Shown: positions 8,476-18,059 of the stretch, in pieces
Layout: each line of letters begins with the position of its first letter
Position numbering within the stretch: position 1 is the first letter of the stretch
Assembly (NCBI GenBank): GCA_016193365.1
Contig: JACPSI010000123.1
Location: 20,543-84,542, forward strand
Direction of reading: 5' to 3'
Length of the DNA stretch: 64,000 nucleotides
DNA from: Ignavibacteriales bacterium
GTDB lineage: Bacteria > Bacteroidota > Ignavibacteria > UBA10030
The notes under the pieces: model-generated
Seen by the model: only the letters and a program-made list of their open reading frames with translations
Database searches by the model: none
What the model was told of the DNA's origin: nothing
Position numbers and translations under genes: made by a program

Positions 8476-10086
8476 ATGTTGAAGGTACTCCTCTCGCATA
8501 GCCTTTTCGTCCTGCTGTTTATCACACACTTTAATCTATCGTGTGCCTCGATCCCACAATTGGTTGAGTTCCCAGAACGTGAATTGCAGAAGGAATTTTT
8601 GGCAAAAGAAGTTAAAAGATTAGGGGTATATGTACAACCTACAGGTCAAGACCATTACGAAAAAATCTTCGCAAATCTCCTTGGTTTCGATATCCTGTCG
8701 AGAGGATATCAGGTCGTTCAGTTTAATCGCCTGTTAAATGATTCTACTCAGAAAAACCTCTCGAACTCAAGGAATTTTGAGACATTAACTAAGTCCCTTA
8801 TCCAACTTCCCTTTGCTTCAAATGTGGATGCAATTGCGCTTGCATTGCTGAAAGTAGGCAGGTACCAGACTCGACTTACACCTCTCTATGAAGGTGGACG
8901 AACAAGAGGACCGGATGCACCTTACGTGGATGTTCGATTAGCAGTCATCGACGCAAGAAAAGGGAACTTGATATTCGGGGTTGGAGTCTCCGATTCGGTT
9001 CTTGTTATCCGAGAAGATGGATTCTTCGTTTATCTTGAGCATAAGAGGTTCATGCTTGAGCGAACGTTGGTCAAAGCACTCGCAAAATTCCCAATAAACG
9101 AAGAAGAACACAAAACGCTCGTCCAGGAGATTCCCATTATCTTTTATGTTGACGAGGGTTACAGGGATTTTTTTTCTCGCGATTGGCACGACCGACTACA
9201 ACGGAGACTTTTGTTTGTAAACGATATATTTTCTATGCAGGCTGGAATGGAGTTTGGTTTGAAGGAAATCCGGAAGTGGCAATCTTGGTTCACAGGGGAT
9301 CTCAGCAAATCTCTATCCAAATTGGAGCAAAGCGACACCTCGGGTAATTGGTTTAATGTCGGGGTCACGTTCGATAGAAAAGTCGCGAAGGACTGGTACA
9401 AACGAAACTATGTTGGAATCGCTTCACCGACAAGCAAATCAGCTGTGGTAACTGCTATTCCAGCATTTCCAGACTTGAGTACTTGGAATTCACTTGACGA
9501 ATCCTATACGCTCGCACATGAAATAGGCCATGTCATGGGACTTCCACATGTTCATGATCCACAATCACTAATGTTTCCAAGTACAGGAATGATGAGCTAT
9601 GAGTTGGACTCGGTAAGTCTGCGCATGTTGAAATCTTTTTCCAAAGATATCTTGAGCCTCCCGATGAAGGATGCAACCATGAGGCGCCTAAATGTGTTCA
9701 ACGCATGGTTCAACTCTAACATCGCACCAAACGTTGAATTTGTCCACGGTGTTTACACCGATATCGACCACGTATGGAAATTACAGAGAGGGTTTGAAGC
9801 CACAGATACCACGAACAGCATTGATTCCACAGATGCGAATCAATTGCTTAATCAACTCATCTCAAGCCAACCTCTGAGATTGGCTGTCCGGGGAATGGTT
9901 GAAATAAAGCACAAAAGGTGGGAGGAGGCTTTAAAGTTCTTCGAGATGGCTATAAAGGAGAAGCCAGACTTCACAGAAGCTTATCAGTATATTATGAGTA
10001 TCCATATTGAGCTCGGAAATCCATTTAGATCGGAACGTGCTTACAACAAGATTCTTGATTTAAATCCCAATTGGTTTGAAAAGTAA
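8476..10086 (+). CDS. Putative lipoprotein metzincin-type zinc metalloprotease with C-terminal TPR-like region
   Basis: HEIGHVMGLPH (HExxHxxGxxH) followed by a Met-turn-like SLMFP. The N-terminal signal has a lipobox-like FNLSC. C-terminal helical repeats (ALKFFEMAIKEKPDFTEAYQYI). ATG 8476 is preferred over TTG 8431. Confidence 0.7.
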   Translation: MLKVLLSHSLFVLLFITHFNLSCASIPQLVEFPERELQKEFLAKEVKRLGVYVQPTGQDHYEKIFANLLGFDILSRGYQVVQFNRLLNDSTQKNLSNSRNFETLTKSLIQLPFASNVDAIALALLKVGRYQTRLTPLYEGGRTRGPDAPYVDVRLAVIDARKGNLIFGVGVSDSVLVIREDGFFVYLEHKRFMLERTLVKALAKFPINEEEHKTLVQEIPIIFYVDEGYRDFFSRDWHDRLQRRLLFVNDIFSMQAGMEFGLKEIRKWQSWFTGDLSKSLSKLEQSDTSGNWFNVGVTFDRKVAKDWYKRNYVGIASPTSKSAVVTAIPAFPDLSTWNSLDESYTLAHEIGHVMGLPHVHDPQSLMFPSTGMMSYELDSVSLRMLKSFSKDILSLPMKDATMRRLNVFNAWFNSNIAPNVEFVHGVYTDIDHVWKLQRGFEATDTTNSIDSTDANQLLNQLISSQPLRLAVRGMVEIKHKRWEEALKFFEMAIKEKPDFTEAYQYIMSIHIELGNPFRSERAYNKILDLNPNWFEK

Positions 10087-10243
10087 CGATGTTAGGAGCA
10101 GGCTTCAGGAAATGCAGACTTAGAGCAAGGATGGACAAAACTAATGAAATAAGAGCTTGAATGAATTATCTAGTTTTCGTTAGATCGTCAATTTAAAAAC
10201 CTGATTACTTTAATCATCAATTGCTTGATTTTCAAAGAGCATA

Positions 10244-10591
10244 ATGCCAATCCAGCACAACCGCATCGACTACATCGAATTCCACGCAACCGACATCCCG
10301 GCCACAAAAAAGTTCTACGCAGATGTCTTTGGATGGAAATTCACGGACTACGGCCCCGATTACGTCGCCTTTGAAGATGGCCGTTTAACGGGCGGTTTTG
10401 AAAAATCTGAATCCGTTTCGAACGGCGGGCCTCTCGTTATCCTGTTCTCTTCGCAACTTGAGAAAACAAAAGCCGACGTGCTCACCCACGGCGGAAGAAT
10501 ATCGAAAGACATTTTTGCCTTTCCCGGCGGCCGCAGGTTTCACTTCCTCGACCCAAACGGGAATGAACTCGCCGTGTGGTCCGACAAATAG
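10244..10591 (+). CDS. VOC (glyoxalase/bleomycin-resistance fold) family protein
   Basis: 115 aa. IDYIEFHATDIPATKKFYADVFGW and FLDPNGNELAVW are typical VOC beta-alpha-beta-beta-beta modules. Confidence 0.8.
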   Translation: MPIQHNRIDYIEFHATDIPATKKFYADVFGWKFTDYGPDYVAFEDGRLTGGFEKSESVSNGGPLVILFSSQLEKTKADVLTHGGRISKDIFAFPGGRRFHFLDPNGNELAVWSDK

Positions 10592-10647
10592 ACTCAAGAT
10601 TGAATAATCTTGAGTGAACGAATTCAGAAAAAAACTTCGCTCAAACT

Positions 10648-10766
10648 GAGGTTGTCCAAAAAGTCGTCAAATCTTGGTAGCCGCAACCTTCAGGTTGCGA
10701 TTCCGCGCGAATTTCGCAGACATAAAGTCTGCGGCTACCGGTGAATCGTTCTTTTTGGACAACCTC
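10648..10766. repeat. 119-bp inverted-terminal-repeat element, variant of the GAGGCTGTCCAAAA MITE-like family
   Basis: Termini are GAGGTTGTCCAAAAAG ... CTTTTTGGACAACCTC. The interior holds a long-range stem GGTAGCCGC/GCGGCTACC plus hairpins GCAACCTTCAGGTTGC and GCAGACATAAAGTCTGC. Confidence 0.6.
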
Positions 10767-10834
10767 GGTGAGGTTGCCATTACAGCGCTTTTAGTGAAGA
10801 CTAAAGGCTCTGCAATCGGGTTTAGTGAATTGAC

Positions 10835-11410
10835 ATGACCAAAGGCCGACTCGAAGCCTTCAGCGACGGCGTACTCGCTATCATTATTACCATCATGGTC
10901 CTCGAATTGCGGGCGCCGCACTCCGCAGATGTGGCTGCGTTGATCCCTCTGTTACCGAAAGTGTTTAGCTACGTGCTGAGTTTTGTTTTTCTCGCAATTT
11001 ACTGGAACAACCACCATCACCTCTGTCAGGCAATCAAACATGTCAGCGGCGGCGTTCTGTGGGCAAACATCCATCTGCTCTTCTGGCTGTCGCTTACGCC
11101 GTTTGTAACAGCATGGATGGGTGAAAACAACTTTGCACCCTGGCCCGTCGCACTGTATGGAATTGTTCTCCTGTTCTCGGCGGTGGCATACTTCATCTTA
11201 ACTCGAGCTCTTCTTTCCATTCATAGCGAAGATTCTGCACTCGCAAAGGCTCTGGGCAATGATTTCAAAGGAAAGCTCTCTGTCGTGATCTATCTTTTTT
11301 CTATCCCGCTCGCGTTTGTGAACTCATGGTTTGCGGGGACTCTCTATGTCGTGGTCGCTCTCATGTGGCTCGTGCCAGACAAGAGGTTTGAGAAAACATT
11401 GACGCAGTAA
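10835..11410 (+). CDS. TMEM175-family (DUF1211) potassium channel-like membrane protein
   Basis: RLEAFSDGVLAIIITIMVLEL N-terminal signature and six predicted TM helices. Confidence 0.8.
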   Translation: MTKGRLEAFSDGVLAIIITIMVLELRAPHSADVAALIPLLPKVFSYVLSFVFLAIYWNNHHHLCQAIKHVSGGVLWANIHLLFWLSLTPFVTAWMGENNFAPWPVALYGIVLLFSAVAYFILTRALLSIHSEDSALAKALGNDFKGKLSVVIYLFSIPLAFVNSWFAGTLYVVVALMWLVPDKRFEKTLTQ

Positions 11411-11425
11411 TCTTAGAAGCCCACA

Positions 11426-11896
11426 ATGCAGTCGATCGGACATATCACATTCCTGGTTCGCGAGTATAACGAGGCTATACGCTTTTTTACCGAGGTTTTG
11501 GGATTCAAGCTTATTGAAGACATTGCCTTCAGCGAAGAAAAACGATGGGTGGTAGTCAGGCCAAACGGATCGGAGGGTTCGGGATTACTTCTTGCCAAAG
11601 CCGGGACGACTGAGCAACAGAAGCAGATAGGCAATCAAGCGGGTGGGCGGGTATTTCTTTTTCTCCAATCAAATGACTTCTGGCGTGATTACCAGAGCCT
11701 GAAATCGAAAGGAGTGAAGTTCAACGAGGAACCCCGCGAAGAATTGTACGGTACCGTTGCGGTTTTCGAGGACCTGTACGGCAACAAATGGGACCTTCTA
11801 CAGTTAAGGAGACAAAAAGAGCATGAGGTTATCTCAGGATATTCTCACGACCATCGGAAACACACCTTTGATTCAGCTCCGAAATGTTGTTCCTAA
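11426..11896 (+). CDS. VOC family protein
   Basis: IGHITFLVREYNEAIRFFTEVLGF ... FEDLYGNKWDLLQL. The ORF runs ~25 codons past the usual family end and overlaps the next gene by 74 nt. Confidence 0.7.
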   Translation: MQSIGHITFLVREYNEAIRFFTEVLGFKLIEDIAFSEEKRWVVVRPNGSEGSGLLLAKAGTTEQQKQIGNQAGGRVFLFLQSNDFWRDYQSLKSKGVKFNEEPREELYGTVAVFEDLYGNKWDLLQLRRQKEHEVISGYSHDHRKHTFDSAPKCCS

Positions 11897-12752
11897 GGGA
11901 AGCGCACGCGTTCTCGTGAAACTCGAAGGCGCAAACCCGACCGGAAGCATGAAAGACCGTATGGCAATGGCGATGATCGATGCGGCAGAGAGGGAAGGGA
12001 AGCTCAAACCGGGAGGCAATGTCGTGGAGTTTACTGGCGGAAGCACCGGCACCTCGCTTGCCATGGTGTGCGCAATAAAAGGATATCCGCTTTCCATCGT
12101 CACTTCCAACGCGACCAGCCTGGAAAAAAGGCTCCATATGAAAGCTCTCGGAGCGAAGCTGACTGTGCTGCACTCCGAAGGCGCGAAACTCAACCTAGAA
12201 CTCTATCAGGCACTGTTCGCCGAGACGCAAAAGATCATAAAAGAAACGGGAGCCTTCTGGGCGGATCAATTTCACAACAAGAATCAAGAAGATGGTTATC
12301 ATGCGCTCGGTGAAGAAGTGTGGGAACAATCCGGAGAGCATGTCGACGCGTTTGTCCATGTCGTTGGAACTTGCGGGTCTCTGCGCGGCGTTTCAACAAG
12401 TCTTCGCAAACACAATCCGAAGCTCCATGTTGTCGCTGTTGAACCGACGGAATCTCCCGTTCTCAGCGGAGGAAAGCCCGGCTCTCACAGGATAGAAGGC
12501 GTCGGCATTGGTGTTATCCCTGCTTTATGGGAACCGAGCCTGGCAAATGCGTTCGAGCAAGTTTCCACGGCAGAAGCCGAGGAAATGGCGCGGCGACTTG
12601 CACACGAAGAAGGCATGTTTGTCGGGACATCATCCGGAGCCAATGTCGTAGCCGCTCTTAGAATGGCCGTGAAGCTTGGAGCCGATGCAACAGTCGTGAC
12701 CATTATGGTTGATAATGGGTTGAAGTACTTAAGCACGAACCTTTTTCAATGA
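11823..12752 (+). CDS. PLP-dependent cysteine synthase family protein (CysK/CysM-like)
   Basis: IGNTPLIQL, PLP-lysine motif NPTGSMKDR, TGGSTGTSLA, GTCGSL and a TSSGAN-type loop (GTSSGANVVAA). Confidence 0.88.
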   Translation: MRLSQDILTTIGNTPLIQLRNVVPKGSARVLVKLEGANPTGSMKDRMAMAMIDAAEREGKLKPGGNVVEFTGGSTGTSLAMVCAIKGYPLSIVTSNATSLEKRLHMKALGAKLTVLHSEGAKLNLELYQALFAETQKIIKETGAFWADQFHNKNQEDGYHALGEEVWEQSGEHVDAFVHVVGTCGSLRGVSTSLRKHNPKLHVVAVEPTESPVLSGGKPGSHRIEGVGIGVIPALWEPSLANAFEQVSTAEAEEMARRLAHEEGMFVGTSSGANVVAALRMAVKLGADATVVTIMVDNGLKYLSTNLFQ

Positions 12753-12788
12753 CGGATGATCAGGGAATAAGCTATTTTTCAGCCGATT

Positions 12789-12830
12789 CCACCTCACCTC
12801 CCTCTGAAGGGAAGGAAGGTGGGGTCTGAG
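12789..12830. repeat. CCCTC/GAGGG-type hairpin repeat unit (family B)
   Basis: CCACCTCACCTCCCTCTGAAGGGAAGGAAGGTGGGGTCTGAG. It closely matches the reverse complement of 19081-19119. Confidence 0.6.
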
Positions 12831-12889
12831 AATTGGAAACGGCGATTCATTAAAGCAGTCATTCCATTTTTGTTAAGAATATCATAGAG

Positions 12890-13222
12890 ATGGCATTCGA
12901 CGTTAAACTTGCCGACCGCATTCGAAAGAAACTAGGCAAACAATCCGGCCTGAGCGAAAAGAAAATGTTCGGCGGAATCGCATTCATGCTAAAAGGAAAC
13001 ATGTGTGTCGGCGTCCACGGTAAGGAAATGATTGTGCGGATTGAACCCGAGAAAACGGAGGCGGCGTTAAAAGAAAAACACGCACGCATCTTCGACCTTT
13101 CGGGGGGCCGGCCGATGAAGGGTTGGATCCTAGTAGATATCAAAGGTCTCAAAACCGAGCCTGCGCTTGCAAAATGGATAAGGCGAGGGGTGAACTATGC
13201 CAGCTCTCTTCCGCCAAAATAA
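12890..13222 (+). CDS. TfoX/Sxy N-terminal domain family protein
   Basis: 110 aa. KKMFGGIAFMLKGNMCVGV ... MKGWILV is typical of the TfoX_N domain. Confidence 0.75.
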   Translation: MAFDVKLADRIRKKLGKQSGLSEKKMFGGIAFMLKGNMCVGVHGKEMIVRIEPEKTEAALKEKHARIFDLSGGRPMKGWILVDIKGLKTEPALAKWIRRGVNYASSLPPK

Positions 13223-13224
13223 GT

Positions 13225-13252
13225 TGTGCCACGACTTTGAAGTCGTGGCACA
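13225..13252. repeat. Perfect hairpin TGTGCCACGACTT-TG-AAGTCGTGGCACA (REP-like; nearly identical copy at 31167-31190)
   Basis: 13-bp arms read directly from the sequence, starting 3 nt after the tfoX-like stop. No T-run follows. Confidence 0.7.
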
Positions 13253-13270
13253 CATGATCATGCTAAACTG

Positions 13271-14113
13271 ATGAAAATCGGCCCCTACCAAATCCATTCC
13301 ATCGAAACAGGCCGCTTCGCCCTCGACGGCGGCGCCATGTTCGGCGTGGTGCCGTGGGTGTTCTGGAGCAAGACAAACCCTCCGGATGAACGACAGCGCA
13401 TTTCTCTTGCTGCACGCTGCTGGTTGATTCAGGGAAATGGAAAAAACATTCTCGTCGACGACGGCAACGGCTCCAAATGGAACGATAAGCTGAAGGACAT
13501 TTATCGACTCGACAATTCAAACTCCGATTTGATCTCCTCGTTGAAAAAACACGACATCACGCCAAACGACATTACCGATGTGATTTTGACTCATCTCCAT
13601 TTTGACCATGCAGGAGGTTCCACCACCCTGGAAAATGGTACTGCAGTTCCAACGTTCCCGAAGGCAAAGTATTACGTACAGAAGAAACATTGGGAACAAT
13701 CGCAGAACCCGACAGACAAGGATCGCGCCAGTTTCATGAGTCAGGATTATATGCCCCTCAAAGAGCACGGCGTGATGGAATTTGTCGACGGCGAGTTCGA
13801 AATTTTTCCGGGAATCGATCTCGTGGTCTGCAACGGCCACACCGCAGCGCAGCAGTTGCCAAAAATCTCCGACGGAAAGACAACTATGCTCTTTTGTTGC
13901 GATTTGATTCCAACAGCTTCACACGTTCCGTTTCCGTATGTGATGGCGTATGACCTTCGACCTCTTGTAACAATAGAAGAAAAGAAGAAATTATTCCCCA
14001 GGGCGTATGAGGAGAAATGGATTTTGTTCCTTGAACACGACCCGAATACAGAGGCCATTACACTGAAGTCGACGGATAAAGGGTTTGCGGTAGATCGGAC
14101 AATCAAGCTTTAG
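13271..14113 (+). CDS. MBL-fold metallo-hydrolase
   Basis: HLHFDHAGG (HxHxDH) motif plus downstream His/Asp ligands. 280 aa. Confidence 0.85.
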   Translation: MKIGPYQIHSIETGRFALDGGAMFGVVPWVFWSKTNPPDERQRISLAARCWLIQGNGKNILVDDGNGSKWNDKLKDIYRLDNSNSDLISSLKKHDITPNDITDVILTHLHFDHAGGSTTLENGTAVPTFPKAKYYVQKKHWEQSQNPTDKDRASFMSQDYMPLKEHGVMEFVDGEFEIFPGIDLVVCNGHTAAQQLPKISDGKTTMLFCCDLIPTASHVPFPYVMAYDLRPLVTIEEKKKLFPRAYEEKWILFLEHDPNTEAITLKSTDKGFAVDRTIKL

Positions 14114-14367
14114 TGACATGGTGAAATGTCATTCTGAGGGTTGATGCTTTCAAATCAACCCGAACCTGCCCGCCCCAATGAACTTGAAGGCAGGCGGGGA
14201 ATCTGAATAACCGAACAATGCCCTCGGTCAACTCGTTTAATCAGATCCTTCGGTCGCGCACTATAAATCCGGTATCTCCCTCAGGATGCCATTCATTTTT
14301 TTTACGGGCGGAAATAATGGCTTCCAAGCCTTGACAACCTTGCCGGAACTCGTTATTGTTGTATTAA

Positions 14368-14709
14368 ATGGATGAAAGCTTTCAAAAAGTTGCAAAATTA
14401 AGCGATTTTCGACTTTCAAAGTCGAAGGAAGCGAGACTCGATGACCTTCATTTGGCACTGTTTTCGGTTGACGGAATCGTCTTCGTAGTCGAAAACAACT
14501 GCCCCCACCAGCACTTTGAGGTCTTGCATCAGGGCCATTTGGAGGGATGTATCATTACCTGTCCCATGCACGGACGAACCTTCGACCTTGAAACGGGAAA
14601 CTGCCTCAACGGAGCCGGAAAGCTCAGAAAACTCGACGTCAAAACAATCGACGACGAGGTCTGGGTGAAGAAACCGGTACCAACGAGTTTTTCACTCTTC
14701 GATAAATGA
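14368..14709 (+). CDS. Rieske [2Fe-2S] domain protein (NirD-like small subunit)
   Basis: CPHQH ... CPMHG Rieske ligand boxes. 113 aa. Overlaps queG by 4 nt. Confidence 0.8.
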   Translation: MDESFQKVAKLSDFRLSKSKEARLDDLHLALFSVDGIVFVVENNCPHQHFEVLHQGHLEGCIITCPMHGRTFDLETGNCLNGAGKLRKLDVKTIDDEVWVKKPVPTSFSLFDK

Positions 14710-15647
14710 TATCGGCGACAGAAAAAATCAAGCTTCATGCGCTCGACCTGGGATTCTCCAAGGTCGGCATCGCGAAAGCAGAACTGCTGACCGCAGAAGG
14801 AAAACATCTGCAAGAATGGCTGAATCGGGGCTATCAAGGGACGATGGATTGGATGGCGAGAAACTTTGAAAAGAGAATCGATATTGAAAAAGTATTGCCG
14901 AACGCCAAATCTGTCGTCTGTGTGGCGATGAATTACTATACATCACTCCAACACTCCAATACTCCGGAGTCGGCGAAGATTTCGCGTTATGCGTGGGGGG
15001 ATGACTATCACATCGTCATGACGGACCGATTGGAAAAGCTCCAGGATGGAATTGAAGAACAAATACCCGGCGTCCACACGAAGCTCTACGTCGATACAGG
15101 CCCCGTCATGGACAAAGTGTGGGCAGCGAAGGCCGGACTCGGCTGGCAGGGGAAGCACACGAATCTCATTACCAAGGATTTTGGGTCCTGGGTTTTTCTC
15201 GGAGAAATCATTCTTGATACGCAGCTGGAATACGATGAACCTATTGCAGATTTTTGTGGCTCCTGCACTGCCTGCATTGAAGCATGCCCGACTCAGGCGA
15301 TAACCGAGCCGTATGTGCTCGATTCGAACAAATGCATCTCGTATTTGACCATTGAGCACAAAGGCGATATCCCGGACAGTCTTAAGCCGAAGTTTGAGAA
15401 CTGGGTTTACGGCTGCGATATTTGCCAGGACGTCTGCCCGTGGAATAGCTTCCAGCAGGAATCAGCTGAAAAAGTTTTTTCGCCTCGAGAGTTCAATGTG
15501 AATCCCAAACTCGCGGAACTTGAGAATTTGACAGATATTGAATTCAGAGAACAAACACGCCGGAGCCCTATGAAAAGGACGAAGTATTCTGGTTTCATGA
15601 GAAACGTCAAGGCTTTGCTGCAGGACGCGAAAAGCACTTTGCGGTAG
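14706..15647 (+). CDS. queG: tRNA epoxyqueuosine(34) reductase
   Basis: Two 4Fe-4S boxes, CGSCTACIEACP and CDICQDVCPWN, and a QueG-type N-terminal region (KISRYAWGDDYH). Confidence 0.88.
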   Translation: MISATEKIKLHALDLGFSKVGIAKAELLTAEGKHLQEWLNRGYQGTMDWMARNFEKRIDIEKVLPNAKSVVCVAMNYYTSLQHSNTPESAKISRYAWGDDYHIVMTDRLEKLQDGIEEQIPGVHTKLYVDTGPVMDKVWAAKAGLGWQGKHTNLITKDFGSWVFLGEIILDTQLEYDEPIADFCGSCTACIEACPTQAITEPYVLDSNKCISYLTIEHKGDIPDSLKPKFENWVYGCDICQDVCPWNSFQQESAEKVFSPREFNVNPKLAELENLTDIEFREQTRRSPMKRTKYSGFMRNVKALLQDAKSTLR

Positions 15648-15711
15648 CCGCAGACCCGCCCGATCGACTTGAACCTTTTGCAAAATTCGAGCATCTTATA
15701 GTTAGAGAACC

Positions 15712-16668
15712 ATGTCAGAATCTAATCACCATAAAGTCATTATCATCGGCTCCGGCCCTGCCGGACTTACCGCGGCGCTTTACGCGGGCAGAGCAAACCT
15801 CGCCCCGATCGTGTTCGAAGGCGCACAGCCCGGCGGCCAGTTGACCATTACCACCGAAGTGGAGAACTATCCTGGATTTCCCAGCGGCCTCATGGGTCCT
15901 GAAATGATGGAACTGTTCCGTAAACAAGCTCAGAGGTTCGGAGCGCAATGTTTCTTCAAGGTCGTTGAGGAGGTAGACCTCTCGAAACGTCCTTTCAAAG
16001 TTGTCGCAGACGGTGAAATTCATTTCGGCGACTCCATTATCGTAGCGACGGGAGCCTCGGCAAAGCTGCTCGGACTTCCTTCTGAGACGGATTATATGGG
16101 CTACGGCGTCTCCGCATGCGCAACATGCGACGGATTCTTTTTTAAGAACCAGCATGTGGCAGTGGTGGGCGGCGGCGATACTGCAATGGAAGAAGCGACC
16201 TATCTCACCAAACACGCCGCTCGCGTTACGGTAATTCACCGTCGGAACGAGCTGAGGGCTTCAAAAATCATGCAGGAACGTGCGAGAAAAAACCCAAAAA
16301 TCGATTTTATCTGGGATTCGGCCGTTGAAGAAGTCATCGGCGTGAGTGAAAACGGCCACAGGAAATTAACGAGCCTCCGTGTAAAGAACCTGAAAACACA
16401 TCAGACCTCCGAATTGAAATTCGACGGCTTGTTCCTTGCGATCGGACATCAACCGAATACGAAGATTTTTGAGGGTCAGCTCGAAATGGACAAGGTTGGC
16501 TACATCAAAACAAAGCCCGGGTCTACTGCCACGAACGTCTCCGGTGTTTTTGCCGCAGGCGACGTCGCCGACCCAACCTACCGACAAGCAGTTACAGCAG
16601 CAGGAACAGGCTGCATGGCCGCCATCGATGCTGAACGATTCCTTGCCCACCACGATGGGCACGATTGA
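15712..16668 (+). CDS. trxB: Thioredoxin-disulfide reductase
   Basis: GSGPAG FAD motif, redox-active CATCDG, NADPH motif GGGDTAMEEA, and C-terminal GDVAD. Confidence 0.92.
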   Translation: MSESNHHKVIIIGSGPAGLTAALYAGRANLAPIVFEGAQPGGQLTITTEVENYPGFPSGLMGPEMMELFRKQAQRFGAQCFFKVVEEVDLSKRPFKVVADGEIHFGDSIIVATGASAKLLGLPSETDYMGYGVSACATCDGFFFKNQHVAVVGGGDTAMEEATYLTKHAARVTVIHRRNELRASKIMQERARKNPKIDFIWDSAVEEVIGVSENGHRKLTSLRVKNLKTHQTSELKFDGLFLAIGHQPNTKIFEGQLEMDKVGYIKTKPGSTATNVSGVFAAGDVADPTYRQAVTAAGTGCMAAIDAERFLAHHDGHD

Positions 16669-16769
16669 GACGTAAAAGCCTGATATAATCACAGAGCTCT
16701 GATTTTCCCTTCGACGGTTTCTTCCCTGTGTAAGCACCTTCCTGTAGGAAAAGATAACACCTATTAAGG

Positions 16770-16798
16770 TTGACTTTCGGTAGGTCTTTTCTTATAAT
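16770..16798 (+). promoter_or_regulatory. Consensus sigma-70-type promoter (TTGACT-17 nt-TATAAT) upstream of sppA
   Basis: TTGACT at 16770-16775 and TATAAT at 16793-16798 with an exact 17-nt spacer, 45 nt before the sppA ATG. Whether this lineage uses this consensus is unknown. Confidence 0.45.
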
Positions 16799-16842
16799 TC
16801 ACGTCACCACAATGACTTATCAGCCTTCCGTTTTGAGCCCCA

Positions 16843-17742
16843 ATGACCAAACCCGCTAAGTGGATTATCGGTATCCTGCTGGCGTTTTTCTTTTTCGTTG
16901 GGTTATTTCTGCTCACCCTCTATGCCTGGTTGTTCACAGGGCCCGAAGACGAGTCGGCGTCAACCTACGGAGAGAAAATTGCGCTGGTGGAATTGAACGA
17001 GCCGATTTTTTCTTCTGAGAACGTCGTTCGTCAATTCAAGAAATATCGCGAAAACAAGTCGGTGAAGGCCATCGTATTTCGCGTTGAGTCTCCGGGAGGC
17101 GGCGTCTCGGCAAGCCAGGAGATTTTCGAAGAAGTGAAAAAGGCGCGCGAAGCCAAGCCCGTTGTCGTGTCGATGGGCTCGGTCGCCGCAAGCGGGGGGT
17201 ACTACGTTTCTCTCGGTGCGACAAGGATAGTGGCAAACCCCGGCACGGTCACCGGCAGCATCGGCGTGATCTTTCAATTCTTTCATGTCAATGAGCTTCT
17301 CAAGAAAATCGGCATCGATGCCTCTACGTTCAAGTCGGGAAAATTCAAGGATGCAGGCTCGCCGTTCCGCAAACCCACAGAGGATGAGAAGAAATATTTC
17401 GGAGAGCTTATCGGCGATGTCTACGACCAGTTTGTGGGCGCTGTGGCAACAGAACGCAAAATGACGCGTGCGAAAGTTCTCCGTTATGCCGACGGCAGGA
17501 TTTTCACAGGACGCATGGCTCTCGAATACGGTTTCGTCGATACTCTCGGTACGCTGGAAGACGCCATCAGCATTGCTGGGGAGCTCGGAAGCATCAAAGG
17601 AAAACCAAAAGTCGTCAGGGAACTCAAAGTCAGACCATTTCTCGATCGCTTGCTTGGCGAAGCCGCCACGGACCTCGCGAACCTTCGCGATGAGTTTCTT
17701 CGCCAGCCGGTCGTCCAGTACAAATTCATCGCACCTTATTAA
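16843..17742 (+). CDS. sppA: Signal peptide peptidase SppA, 36K type
   Basis: N-terminal TM helix, then a ClpP/crotonase-fold S49 peptidase with SPGGGV, AASGGYY and GSIGV motifs. Confidence 0.88.
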   Translation: MTKPAKWIIGILLAFFFFVGLFLLTLYAWLFTGPEDESASTYGEKIALVELNEPIFSSENVVRQFKKYRENKSVKAIVFRVESPGGGVSASQEIFEEVKKAREAKPVVVSMGSVAASGGYYVSLGATRIVANPGTVTGSIGVIFQFFHVNELLKKIGIDASTFKSGKFKDAGSPFRKPTEDEKKYFGELIGDVYDQFVGAVATERKMTRAKVLRYADGRIFTGRMALEYGFVDTLGTLEDAISIAGELGSIKGKPKVVRELKVRPFLDRLLGEAATDLANLRDEFLRQPVVQYKFIAPY

Positions 17743-17760
17743 CAGCTCAGAGGAGGATCT

Positions 17761-18054
17761 GTGACAAAAGCAGATATCGTCGACGTTATCGCTTCCGCTA
17801 CCGGTTTGACCAAGGTAGAAACGGAAGCGGTGGTGGATGGGTTTATTCAAACGGTGATCAATGCCATGAAGGAGGGCAAGAACATCGAAATCAGAGGCTT
17901 CGGAAGTTTCAAAGTGAAAAAAAGAAAAGGTCGCATGGCGCGTAACCCGAGGACGGGCGAACAGGTGAAAGTGGATGAGCATTTTGTTCCTGTTTTTAAA
18001 GTCTCGAAAGAACTCAAACAAGTCGTCGACGAGAACCTCAAGAAGCCGGCGTAG
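17761..18054 (+). CDS. HU/IHF family DNA-binding protein
   Basis: GTG start. IRGFGSFKVKKRKGRMARNPRTGEQV is the HU/IHF beta-arm signature. Confidence 0.88.
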   Translation: MTKADIVDVIASATGLTKVETEAVVDGFIQTVINAMKEGKNIEIRGFGSFKVKKRKGRMARNPRTGEQVKVDEHFVPVFKVSKELKQVVDENLKKPA

Positions 18055-18059
18055 CACGC

